Under the pieces are notes generated by a model, which saw only the letters and a program-made list of their open reading frames with translations, was not told where the DNA came from and did not search any database. This document shows, piece by piece, positions 30,046 to 39,384 of a stretch of 64,000 nucleotides of DNA (its first letter is position 1; each line of letters opens with the position of its first letter). Both the position numbers and the translations under genes were made by a program. Origin of the DNA: a virus; the IMG/VR virus record IMGVR_UViG_3300028025_000092; one strand, given 5' to 3'.

Positions 30046-30237
30046 GCGGGGGATCTTGCACAAACCATAGGTAAATTAAAAGAATTAGAAACATCCAGTC
30101 ACTCTAACAGTAAGATAGGATTAAAGACTATACAAGAAACCATTAAGAAACTTGAGGCTTTAGAGGAAGATATTTCTAGACAGATTGAAAAACTAGAAAA
30201 TAGCTTTGCAAACGAAAATAATTCACACCAAAACTGA
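30022..30237 (+). CDS. Small coiled-coil hypothetical protein
   Basis: 71 aa; stop overlaps the gp55 start (TGATG); start uncertain. Confidence 0.55.
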   Translation: MGDELSFFAGDLAQTIGKLKELETSSHSNSKIGLKTIQETIKKLEALEEDISRQIEKLENSFANENNSHQN

Positions 30238-30593
30238 TGGAGTATGTTAAAAACAAAGAGCTAAAAAGAGCATTATTGGAATCAAAAGAAAGTGGAAAAT
30301 TAACAGCGGAAACTGTTAAAATGTTCACATTGATAGTAAATGGACTTTCAAAAACCAAATCATATCGAGATATAGAGGATAAAGAAGACTGTATAGCATT
30401 TGGAATGGAGGATCTTATTAAATATTGGGATAGATTCGATCCTAATAAATCTGACAATCCTTTTGCTTTCATTTCACAAATTGCTAAAAACGGAATGCAG
30501 AAGGGATGGAAAAAAATACACTCAACAAGGTCTATAAAAACCATACCTTTCTCAAGACTCACTAGGGACGATAATCAAAATTATAATGTCTAA
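30237..30593 (+). CDS. gp55: Late transcription sigma factor (T4 gp55-like)
   Basis: YVKNKEL...KEDCIAFGMEDLIKYWDRFDPNKSDNPFAFISQIAKN parallels gp55 YVNNKEL...EMIADG.E...NFD....NP.AYITQ. Confidence 0.85.
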   Translation: MEYVKNKELKRALLESKESGKLTAETVKMFTLIVNGLSKTKSYRDIEDKEDCIAFGMEDLIKYWDRFDPNKSDNPFAFISQIAKNGMQKGWKKIHSTRSIKTIPFSRLTRDDNQNYNV

Positions 30594-31080
30594 GACAGAT
30601 ATAAAGAATGTTAAGCCTAACGGAAGATACAAATCCGGAAAATTCGTTCCAAGGAAACCTGAAAAATATATTGGAGATATTCATAATATAATTTATAGGT
30701 CTTCCTGGGAAGGGAGATTCTGCTTGTATTGTGATCAAAATCCTAATATTATTAAATGGTCATCAGAGCCCGTACAAATAGAGTATTGGAACCCTATAGA
30801 TAAAAAAACGCACACCTACCATCCAGACTACTACATAAAGGTTCAAAAAATAGACGGAAGCACTGAGGATTGGATTCTAGAAATTAAACCATCAGCTCAA
30901 TACCAATTAGAGAAAAAACCAGTATTGACTGGGGCATTAACAGAGAAAAGAATTAGATCACATAATGAACAGATGCAAACATGGATAGTAAATAGAGCCA
31001 AGTTTGATGCTGCTATGAAGTTTGCTAAGTTCAATGGTTATAAATTTGGTGCAATAGACGAAAAATTTATTTTTAGATAA
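30586..31080 (+). CDS. gp4: Head completion nuclease (gp4, TnsA-like)
   Basis: GKFVPRKPEKYIGD..NIIYRSSWE, WSSE, YHPDY, EIKP, VNRAKF.AA. Confidence 0.93.
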   Translation: MSKTDIKNVKPNGRYKSGKFVPRKPEKYIGDIHNIIYRSSWEGRFCLYCDQNPNIIKWSSEPVQIEYWNPIDKKTHTYHPDYYIKVQKIDGSTEDWILEIKPSAQYQLEKKPVLTGALTEKRIRSHNEQMQTWIVNRAKFDAAMKFAKFNGYKFGAIDEKFIFR

Positions 31081-31652
31081 TGGACTTTAAAAGGGAAATA
31101 AGAGATGCTATAGAAAAAGCAGGATCCCCAGCAAAATTATCGGAAGAAAGCTTTATCAATTATACTAATAATTATTCTGTTCTTAAATCGTCAGATTCTA
31201 TTAGAAGCCTAATACAGGGTAAAATTTATACTTTTTATTATAATTCAGAGGTAAAGGCAGAGAGAGGGTTTATAAACAGAAGACCTGTTATTTTTTTAGA
31301 CTCAAGGGAAATAACGCCATCTAAAAGTATTATTAAAGGATTAGATTTAATTCTAATAACACCGAGAGATAGAATAAATTTTTTTATTAGACTTCATTCA
31401 ATTTACGGTAAAATCATGGATCAAAACGACGGAAAAGAGGCAGCTTCACAGATGCCTTTAAGATTTGATCCCCAATTATTAGAAACTTTAATGGGAGGTA
31501 TCAAGTATAATCATGCATATACAGGTTATAAGATAGAGAAAATTAAGGGATTAAAGGAAATACCAAGAGACGAATGGAAGCATTTAGTTTACTTAAACAC
31601 TAAATCTATCGAGGGGGCTGCTATAGACGATATATACAATAAATACAAATAA
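31080..31652 (+). CDS. gp2: DNA end protector (gp2-like)
   Basis: GKIYTFYY, RRPVIF, GLDL..I.PRDR, EIPRDEW; synteny with gp4. Confidence 0.65.
   Translation: MDFKREIRDAIEKAGSPAKLSEESFINYTNNYSVLKSSDSIRSLIQGKIYTFYYNSEVKAERGFINRRPVIFLDSREITPSKSIIKGLDLILITPRDRINFFIRLHSIYGKIMDQNDGKEAASQMPLRFDPQLLETLMGGIKYNHAYTGYKIEKIKGLKEIPRDEWKHLVYLNTKSIEGAAIDDIYNKYK
31629..31636 (+). promoter_or_regulatory. Late promoter box GATATATA (inside gp2 3' end)
   Basis: Exact motif 15 nt before portal ATG 31652. Confidence 0.7.
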
Positions 31653-33289
31653 TGGCCGGATTTTTAGGAGACAATAGGGTTAATCCTTTTTTTAGTAACA
31701 TGCTAACCAATCTTAGAAAAATAGGATCGTTTGGCATGAGCTATGGAGACATGGTTGTTAAAAACTCACAAGCTGTGGGTACAACAGAGGCCTTATTCCT
31801 TAAAAATGGTGGAATAGAGGATGAAAATTTCCTATATTCAATCAGAAAGGCAGATACTACAGCTAAACAATACATAGCATATTTTGACCGGGATTATATT
31901 AACAAAAAAACATATCTTAGGAATTTTTCAATTAATCCCGAAATAGAATTTATTTTAGATACCGTTTGTGACGAGGCTATAGTTTATGATGATAAGAATT
32001 TTTTCTCATATTTTACCTCATTCGATGTTATGGGCATCGGGGAGGAAATAGAAAACAAAATACAAGATAGGTATAAGGAGATTTATAATCTTTTCGGATT
32101 TAATGAGGGGATTTCTGGTTGGCATTTCTTTAGAAGTTTTCTTATCGATGGTATTTTAGCATTTGAGATAGTATTTGATACAAGGGGTAAAAACATTATT
32201 GGGTTTAAGGAATTGGATCCTTCTTCCCTATTGCCATCAGTAGAAAAACAACAAGACGGTAGTTTTATTGAGTGTTGGATTCAATATCCTGATAATCCGG
32301 CTCTTTCAAGAAAGTTGTACGATTCACAAATTATCTATATTTCATATGCAAAAGGAAATACCACAACTAGGGTAAGCTACGTTGAAAGATTAATTAGATC
32401 TTTTAACCTGTTAAGAATTATGGAGCACACCAGAGTAATCTGGAACGTAATGAATTCATCATACAGATTAACCATGACAGTACCTGTTGGTACAAAATCT
32501 CCTCAGAAAGCAAAACAAAGTCTTGCTGAATTGATGAGCATCTATAAAGAAGATATAAGATTAGACTCTGACAGTGGAGAATTATTTGTGAATGGAAGAC
32601 CTAATATACAATTCTTTAAGAATTACCTAATGCCTTCCACTCCTAATGGAACTCCCGATATAACACCTTTAACCGGTAGTGGCGATGCTACCCCGTTTAG
32701 TGATTTAAAAGCATTAGCATACTTTGCAGATAAACTAAAATTAGATTCTAAAATTCCTTATTCTAGATTCGACAGAGAAGATAGGGGAACACAGGGAACA
32801 TTTAGTGGAAACGCAGAAGGACTAGATCAGGAAGAAATCAGATTTTTTAAATTTATTACTAGATTAAGATCTATCTTCCAAGACATATTACTTAAGCCAC
32901 TTTGGGTTCAATTCTGTTTAGATTATCCAGAACACAGAAAAGACTTTATGATTAAAAGTCAATTTGGATTAGATTATGTAAAAGACAATTCATTTGCAGA
33001 AACAAGATATATGGAAATCTTAAACGCAAGAAAGGACCAGGTAACAAAGATTGCTGGACTTTTAGATGCGGAGGGTAAACCGTATTTTTCCATTAAATAT
33101 GTGCTGGACAAATACCTTGGAATGACGGATGATGATAGATTAGCTAATCAGAATGCAAAAGATGCTGCCTTAAAAAAGAAGAAAGAGGAAGAAGAAAAAG
33201 CATCTAAAGAAGCGGGAACAGAAACACCTCCAGCAGAAGGCGAGGAAACTCCACCAGCAGAGGGTGAAGAAACAGAATTTAAATTATAA
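31652..33289 (+). CDS. gp20: Portal protein, paralog 1
   Basis: PEIEFILDTVCDEAIVYD, FRSFLIDG, ELDP, SYVERLIRSFNLLRIME, KLKLDSKIPYSRF, QEEIRFFKFITRLRSIF. Confidence 0.92.
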   Translation: MAGFLGDNRVNPFFSNMLTNLRKIGSFGMSYGDMVVKNSQAVGTTEALFLKNGGIEDENFLYSIRKADTTAKQYIAYFDRDYINKKTYLRNFSINPEIEFILDTVCDEAIVYDDKNFFSYFTSFDVMGIGEEIENKIQDRYKEIYNLFGFNEGISGWHFFRSFLIDGILAFEIVFDTRGKNIIGFKELDPSSLLPSVEKQQDGSFIECWIQYPDNPALSRKLYDSQIIYISYAKGNTTTRVSYVERLIRSFNLLRIMEHTRVIWNVMNSSYRLTMTVPVGTKSPQKAKQSLAELMSIYKEDIRLDSDSGELFVNGRPNIQFFKNYLMPSTPNGTPDITPLTGSGDATPFSDLKALAYFADKLKLDSKIPYSRFDREDRGTQGTFSGNAEGLDQEEIRFFKFITRLRSIFQDILLKPLWVQFCLDYPEHRKDFMIKSQFGLDYVKDNSFAETRYMEILNARKDQVTKIAGLLDAEGKPYFSIKYVLDKYLGMTDDDRLANQNAKDAALKKKKEEEEKASKEAGTETPPAEGEETPPAEGEETEFKL

Positions 33290-33295
33290 TAATAA

Positions 33296-34987
33296 ATGGC
33301 AGGATTCATAGATAATTTTTCCCAGAGAAACCCCAACATGGGACGTATACTAAGGACTGTGAGTAAAATCGGATCTTTCGGGATGGAGTATAAGGATCTT
33401 GTTGTGAAAAATTCTCAAGCTATAGGGGTTTCAGAAGCTGCTATGAGACAAAAATTATCTCTGACAGATTCAGATGAGGATTTTATTTTCAATCTGGCTG
33501 CCCAAGACACATCAAATAGAAAATACATTGCTTATTTTGATAAAGATTACCCATTCAAAAGAGATTTTTTAAGAAGCTTTGCGTTAAATGCTGAGATCGA
33601 ATGGATTTTAGATATTCTAGCAGACGAAGCTATTGTTTATGATGATAGAAATTTTTGTTGTAATCTTTCCCTAGTTAATCTTGATTTAAAGGATGAAGTA
33701 GCGGATTCTTTAAGAGAAAATTTTAGAAAGATATATGTTTCTCATGGATTCAATAATGGTATTTCTGCATGGCAATATTTTAGACAATTTCTAATAGATG
33801 GATTTTTATCATTTGAAATTGTTTATTCTGATACTGGAAAACAGATAGTAGGATTTAAAGAATTAGACCCGACGTCTCTAACCCCTTCTATAGAAAGAGG
33901 ACCCGGCGGGGAAGCAGTCCAAATTTGGTATCAATATTTCAATGATAGTGTTAGGGAAAGAAAACTTTATGATGCACAGGTAATATACATTTCTTTTGCG
34001 AAAGGAAACACAACATCAAGAACAAGTTATGTTGAGAGATTAATCAGATCTCACAATCTTTTAAAAATTATGGAGCATACCAGAATTATCTGGAATGTTA
34101 TGAACGCATCATTTCGTCTTAAAATGACAATTCCTGTGGGATCAAGATCGCCGCAGAAAGCCAAAGAAACCCTTGGTGAATTAATGACCATGTATAAGGA
34201 AGATATAAAACTTAATACAGACTCAGGAGAATTAAGTGTTAACGGAAGACCAAATTTACAATTTTATAAAAACTATCTTTTTCCTGTACAAGGTGGGGAA
34301 TCACCTAAGATAGAGACAATTAATAGTGGAGGACCTAATTTAAACGTGATAGATGCTGTTGTTTATTTCTTTAATAAGTTAAAGGCAGATTCTAAAATTC
34401 CATTTAATAGATTCGCTGCTAGATCGGGTGGAACTGTTGGTACTTATAAAATAGGCGCAGAATCTGCAGAGAGAGACGAAATTAGATACAACAAGTTCAT
34501 TAATAGAATTAGATCAATCTACCAGGAGATATTACTAAAGCCCCTTTGGATTCAAATGACTTTGGATCATCCAGAATTGGACAACGATCCTGTTTTTAGA
34601 TCACAATTAGGTGTTAAATTTAACTCCGATAATCAATTCGGTGAATCTAAAGAAATCGAACAACTTATCAAAAAGATTGATTTTATATCAGGATTATCCG
34701 AAATTAAAGAAAAGAAGGGGGATGAAGAAATTCCATATTTCAGCCAAGACTTCCTAATAAATAAATTCTTAGATCTAACGAACGAGGATAAGAGGGTCAA
34801 TAGCATTTATAAAAAGAAAGAGGAAGAAGAAGGTAAAGAAGCAGCTGCAGCAGAACCTGCAGCGGGTAGTACTACACCTTCTGCTACCCCAGAGGCTACC
34901 CCAGCAGCTGAACCGGCAGCTGAACCAGCAGCTGAACCAGCAGCAGAGCCAGCGGCAGCTGAACCGGCACCAGAAGCCGCACCATAA
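33296..34987 (+). CDS. gp20: Portal protein, paralog 2, with AEPA-repeat tail
   Basis: Same portal motifs over the full length (RDEIRYNKFINRIRSIY); diverged from paralog 1. Confidence 0.92.
   Translation: MAGFIDNFSQRNPNMGRILRTVSKIGSFGMEYKDLVVKNSQAIGVSEAAMRQKLSLTDSDEDFIFNLAAQDTSNRKYIAYFDKDYPFKRDFLRSFALNAEIEWILDILADEAIVYDDRNFCCNLSLVNLDLKDEVADSLRENFRKIYVSHGFNNGISAWQYFRQFLIDGFLSFEIVYSDTGKQIVGFKELDPTSLTPSIERGPGGEAVQIWYQYFNDSVRERKLYDAQVIYISFAKGNTTSRTSYVERLIRSHNLLKIMEHTRIIWNVMNASFRLKMTIPVGSRSPQKAKETLGELMTMYKEDIKLNTDSGELSVNGRPNLQFYKNYLFPVQGGESPKIETINSGGPNLNVIDAVVYFFNKLKADSKIPFNRFAARSGGTVGTYKIGAESAERDEIRYNKFINRIRSIYQEILLKPLWIQMTLDHPELDNDPVFRSQLGVKFNSDNQFGESKEIEQLIKKIDFISGLSEIKEKKGDEEIPYFSQDFLINKFLDLTNEDKRVNSIYKKKEEEEGKEAAAAEPAAGSTTPSATPEATPAAEPAAEPAAEPAAEPAAAEPAPEAAP
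34849..34984 (+). repeat. 12-bp AEPA coding repeat in portal 2 C-terminal tail
   Basis: gcagctgaacc(g/a) units. Confidence 0.8.
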
Positions 34988-35022
34988 TACCTGAAACATT
35001 TTTTATAAACGGGGTTTTGACA

Positions 35023-35030
35023 TACATTTG
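35023..35030 (+). promoter_or_regulatory. Bacteroidota-type -7 element TACATTTG
   Basis: 19 nt before the ligase ATG; heads the replication block. Confidence 0.6.
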
Positions 35031-35049
35031 AGTTGTAAAATTTAAATGA

Positions 35050-36372
35050 ATGAAAAAAGAACTAGAATTACTCCTCGAAATAGAAAGATCCACAGGGGAA
35101 GGATCACAGAAGAAAAAGCAACAGCTAATATCGGAAAATCTATCAGTTGAGCTAGAATATATTCTAGCTATCTGCTTCGATCCCTTTATCACAACTAAAC
35201 TCCATAAAATAGATTTTGAGGATAAGGATTGTAATGAAAATTCAAACCTTTACTCTGAATTTGTTAGTCTATGTGAGGAACTAAAGAAAGCACCTGCAAT
35301 AAACGACAATTTAAGGGCCAAAGCCGCACGTTTGATCGAATCCACTGGTTATCATGCAGAATTAAAAAAAGTGTTTGCTAAGGTGCTTACAAAGCGAATG
35401 AACATAGGCATAGGTGCTAAGCTCATCAATAAAGCAGTAGGTAAAGAATTAATTCCAGATCCCAGCTTAATGTTAGCTGAAGATGATCATAAAGCTATTG
35501 ATAAATGGGATTCCATTGTATGTGAGGAAAAATATGATGGGGTCCGCGTTATTTGCGCCATCGAAGAACGCAAAGCAAAATTCTACACAAGAGCCTTTAA
35601 TGAACTTGACACTAAATATTTAACCAAGATTGCAGAACAACTTTTGCATCTAAGTAGGGATCTTGGAGACATATTCTTCGATGGTGAATTAACAGATAAA
35701 GACAGAAAAAGTGTAAGCGGAAAAGTCAATCAGATTCTAAAAGGATCTCCTAAAGAATCTATCGGTAACGATTTACTTTTTAATACGTTTGATATTGACG
35801 GAATGGCTTCTATTAGGACAGGCAAGGGCGAAGCCCCATATACGATCAGAAGACAGACACTCGAAAGGGTTTTTGAATGTGGTGGGGAAACCCCTAATGT
35901 TGTTCTGGCAAGAAAATGGGAGGCTAAGACAAAGGAAGAACTAATGCCAATCTACGAACAAATAGTTGCTGGCGGTGGGGAAGGAGTTATTATGAAAGAT
36001 CCCTCACACGTATACGAATGCAAAAGATCTAAGTCATGGATTAAATTTAAAGAAGTTGAGGACTGCGATCTGGTAGTTACTGGATGGTATCCAGGAGAGG
36101 GCAAAAGAGAGGGTTTTATCGGAGGATTTACTTGTATGGATTCTTCGGGTGAATATCAGGTTAAAGTTGGATCTGGATTTACTGAAAAAGATTTAATCGA
36201 ACTTTCTAAGGACCCTAATGATATAATAGGTAGAATTGTAACAATTCAGTATAATGTTCCTATAGAGGATAAGACCGGAAATAAATCTCTTTTCCTTCCC
36301 AGATTTATCGAGGTAAGAGCGGATAAAACGGAACCAGAAAATTTAGTAATAAGATTTAACAAGAAAAAATGA
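35050..36372 (+). CDS. gp30: ATP-dependent DNA ligase
   Basis: EEKYDGVR, FFDGEL, EGVIMK, WIKFKE, KVGSGF, LFLPRF. Confidence 0.96.
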   Translation: MKKELELLLEIERSTGEGSQKKKQQLISENLSVELEYILAICFDPFITTKLHKIDFEDKDCNENSNLYSEFVSLCEELKKAPAINDNLRAKAARLIESTGYHAELKKVFAKVLTKRMNIGIGAKLINKAVGKELIPDPSLMLAEDDHKAIDKWDSIVCEEKYDGVRVICAIEERKAKFYTRAFNELDTKYLTKIAEQLLHLSRDLGDIFFDGELTDKDRKSVSGKVNQILKGSPKESIGNDLLFNTFDIDGMASIRTGKGEAPYTIRRQTLERVFECGGETPNVVLARKWEAKTKEELMPIYEQIVAGGGEGVIMKDPSHVYECKRSKSWIKFKEVEDCDLVVTGWYPGEGKREGFIGGFTCMDSSGEYQVKVGSGFTEKDLIELSKDPNDIIGRIVTIQYNVPIEDKTGNKSLFLPRFIEVRADKTEPENLVIRFNKKK

Positions 36373-37313
36373 TCAATAACTTATTAACAGAGAAGCTAAG
36401 GCCTAAAGAATTAAAGCATATGATCCTTCCAAAAAGGATCAAAGATGCTTTTCAGAACGGATTGCAGCAAAATGTTTTATTGACGGGATCGCCAGGGTCG
36501 GGAAAAACTTCACTTGCTAAAATTCTATCAAACGATTCTCCAAGACTTTTTATTAACGTTTCTGATGAAAGTTCAGTTGATACTGTTAGAGAAAAGATCA
36601 CTGGATTTTGTTCTACCATTTCAATTATGAATGAGGAGAATGCAATGAAAGTTGTAGTTCTGGATGAGTTTGACGGAGCTTCTGATCAATTCTATAAAGC
36701 TCTAAGAGGAACAATGGAAAAGTTTGCTAAGAACACCAGGTTCGTAGCTACCTGTAATTGGATCAATAAGGTTCCTGATCCCATGAAAAGTAGATTTGAG
36801 GTTTTTGTATTTGATCCAATTAATAAAGAGGAGGAACAGGAGTTAAAAGAGGAGTGGCAAAAAAGAATAATTTTAATTCTATCCAAGCTTGGGATTACTA
36901 TAGAGGATAAAGCTTTAAATTCTTTTGTAAAAAGATACTATCCAGATCTAAGATCCGCTTTAAATTGCATACAGAGATGGCAGATACAAGAGATAACAGA
37001 GATAAACGAACAAAAGGTATCGGAGACTGCATGGGACTACGAAGAATTGTATGAAATGCTTTTCCAAAAACTAGACCCAATTAAGAGCTATCAAACTATA
37101 GCTGGACAATATTCAAATTCAGTTGGAGAAGTGATGGAATCTATGGGCAGAGAATTGATTGAATGGATCAAGGAAAAAAAGTCTGATAAGACCCAGATAA
37201 TTCCAGCAGTTCTAATACTTGTAGCACAACATCAAGCGCAGAGAACACAGGTAATAGATCCTGTTGTTAGTTTATTGTCTTTGTTTTATTCAATACAAAA
37301 ATTGACACAATAA
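36369..37313 (+). CDS. gp44: Sliding clamp loader large subunit
   Basis: EKLRP, GSPGSGKT, VVLDEFD, FVATCN, KSRF, YPDLR. Confidence 0.93.
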   Translation: MINNLLTEKLRPKELKHMILPKRIKDAFQNGLQQNVLLTGSPGSGKTSLAKILSNDSPRLFINVSDESSVDTVREKITGFCSTISIMNEENAMKVVVLDEFDGASDQFYKALRGTMEKFAKNTRFVATCNWINKVPDPMKSRFEVFVFDPINKEEEQELKEEWQKRIILILSKLGITIEDKALNSFVKRYYPDLRSALNCIQRWQIQEITEINEQKVSETAWDYEELYEMLFQKLDPIKSYQTIAGQYSNSVGEVMESMGRELIEWIKEKKSDKTQIIPAVLILVAQHQAQRTQVIDPVVSLLSLFYSIQKLTQ

Positions 37314-37318
37314 ATATT

Positions 37319-37807
37319 ATGGGAGAACAAACACATAATACCGGAAAGATAGTTATAGTTGGAAGAGGAGGATCCGGTAAAGATTTTTTAAGGAAAAAAT
37401 TTGAGGATAGGGGATTTAAATACTGTGTATCCTATACAAGCAGACCTATCAGAGAAGGAGAAGAAGACGGGAAGGATTATAGATTCACCTCGATAGAATA
37501 TTTTGATAATAACTTCTCGGATTTCTACGAAATAGATAAATTCAATGGATGGAAATATGGCACATTAATTAAAGATTTCAACGATTCAAATCTTTTCATA
37601 ATGACACCAAGAGGTGTTAATAATATCAAAGGGGAAGATCGTAAAAAATGCTTTGTCATATTTATAGATCCACCTAGAGAAATTATAAAAGAAAGATTAA
37701 CACAAAGAAAAGATGCTGATTCTGCAGACAGAAGAATAGACGCAGATGATAAGGATTTTTTCGAATTTTCAAACTATGATATGAGAATATCAAATTCAGA
37801 CTTTTAA
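37319..37807 (+). CDS. gmk: Guanylate kinase-like
   Basis: GRGGSGKD, VSYTSRPIREGEEDGKDYRF, WKYGT. Confidence 0.9.
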   Translation: MGEQTHNTGKIVIVGRGGSGKDFLRKKFEDRGFKYCVSYTSRPIREGEEDGKDYRFTSIEYFDNNFSDFYEIDKFNGWKYGTLIKDFNDSNLFIMTPRGVNNIKGEDRKKCFVIFIDPPREIIKERLTQRKDADSADRRIDADDKDFFEFSNYDMRISNSDF

Positions 37808-37808
37808 T

Positions 37809-38939
37809 ATGGTTTCAGTTATTGTTGATGGGAACTACTTATTTCATAAGACGTTCGCAATATTTTCAGACTTTGGATCTAAACAACCAGCAGAGGTTCT
37901 TTCCCAAAGTGCAGACCAAGGAATGTTTATGAGAAAGATCATAACAGATCTTTGTTATTCTCTAAATCAATTGCCAATAAACGGCCACGTTATTTTTTGC
38001 AAAGATTCAAGATCCTGGAGAAAAAACCTGGAGATAAAAAGAGCAGAATACAAAGGATCAAGAATTAAAAATGAGAAAGTAGATTGGGGTGCTTTTTTTG
38101 ATTTAATGGATGAGTTTGGAAAATTTTTAGAAATTAATGGTTATATCTATTCTACCGCTCAGGGAGCTGAGGGAGATGATTTATTATGGTTCTGGAACGA
38201 AAAACTTAGAAATCTTGGACATAACGTAGTTATCTATTCAGGAGATAAAGATAGTCACCAATTGGTTGGGTGCGATTCTACCTGGACAGTTTGCTGGAAT
38301 GCTAATTCAAAAAACAACAAGATATTTTGTTCTCCTAACTGGAAGCAGGATTATCTTGATACAGAAAGAGAAACATCCATATTTAATCTAGATTTTGTCG
38401 GGGATAGTGAAAAGGAGAAGATGATTAATATATCAACATCAGCAACATTGGAATTTACGGATCCTCTAAGACTAACATTCGAAAAGATTTTAACTGGAGA
38501 TAAAGGAGATGATGTTCCTAGTGTATTTTCTTATGAAAAAACCCCAGGTAAAGTATTTAAACTAACACCAACAAAGGCAAAATCTATTTACGAAAGTTTT
38601 ATACAGTCTGGATGGGGAAATTCTAAATTAGAAGAAATTTGGAAAGAAGATGAATTTAAGGATTGGATCTCTGGATATGTATTAAGATCAATGTCTTACA
38701 CTGATAACTCCACTAATAGAAAAGAAGTTGCAGAAAACTATCACGAAAATGCTCAACTAGTTTGGCTTTCCGATCAGGTTATACCAGAACAGGTTTTAGC
38801 AGATATGGAATTTTCTTTTAAAAGCACAGATTTAACTGTTAAACCAGTTTTAATAGACAAGAAGAATCTAATAGGAAGATCCCGCTGGGACACATATGAA
38901 GCACCTTCAGCATTCAACCCCTTTAAGAGTTTTAAATAA
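37809..38939 (+). CDS. rnh: RNase H / 5'-3' flap exonuclease (T4 rnh-like)
   Basis: VDGNY, DSRSWRK, YKGSR, AEGDD, SGDKDSHQL, GDKGDDVP. Confidence 0.9.
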   Translation: MVSVIVDGNYLFHKTFAIFSDFGSKQPAEVLSQSADQGMFMRKIITDLCYSLNQLPINGHVIFCKDSRSWRKNLEIKRAEYKGSRIKNEKVDWGAFFDLMDEFGKFLEINGYIYSTAQGAEGDDLLWFWNEKLRNLGHNVVIYSGDKDSHQLVGCDSTWTVCWNANSKNNKIFCSPNWKQDYLDTERETSIFNLDFVGDSEKEKMINISTSATLEFTDPLRLTFEKILTGDKGDDVPSVFSYEKTPGKVFKLTPTKAKSIYESFIQSGWGNSKLEEIWKEDEFKDWISGYVLRSMSYTDNSTNRKEVAENYHENAQLVWLSDQVIPEQVLADMEFSFKSTDLTVKPVLIDKKNLIGRSRWDTYEAPSAFNPFKSFK

Positions 38940-39337
38940 TGGAATTATTCGACATTTTAAAAGCATTTTTTTCTGAAAAGCAGTGGGAAGAGGTCTCTAA
39001 GATTGATAAATCTAGAAATTTCTTCATGATAAATAGAATGATGAGCATTTTCTTCCCTCTACAAGCAAATGCATTTAATAATACAAAGATAGATCCTGTT
39101 CCTGTTATAGATTTTTGGAAGATAACTCTTAACAGGTCATATAAAACCCCTCCTGGTTGGTTCTTTACCGCAACTAAAAAGAAAGAGAAAATTAAGAATT
39201 TTGCACCTTCCGAAGAAGCTGCGAATTTTATAAAGAGCAGGTATGAGATTTCGAATCGGGAAATAGCAGAACTTGGTAAATACTTCCCTAAAGAATTCAA
39301 AGAATTTTCCAAAGGTATAGAAGAATTAGTAGGTTAA
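38939..39337 (+). CDS. gp62: Clamp loader small subunit (gp62-like)
   Basis: MELFDILK...FMINRMMS resembles gp62; size and replication-block context fit. Confidence 0.55.
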   Translation: MELFDILKAFFSEKQWEEVSKIDKSRNFFMINRMMSIFFPLQANAFNNTKIDPVPVIDFWKITLNRSYKTPPGWFFTATKKKEKIKNFAPSEEAANFIKSRYEISNREIAELGKYFPKEFKEFSKGIEELVG

Positions 39338-39357
39338 TCTAGGTTCTTTTTTTTGTG

Positions 39358-39365
39358 GATATATA
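39358..39365 (+). promoter_or_regulatory. Late promoter box GATATATA
   Basis: 19 nt before ATG 39385. Confidence 0.7.
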
Positions 39366-39384
39366 AGTAAAGTATCCATTTGAA

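Noticed and set aside
30586-31080. TnsA-like nuclease as a transposon
   Set aside because: It is the gp4 head-completion protein in conserved synteny with gp2; no transposon ends or partner genes.
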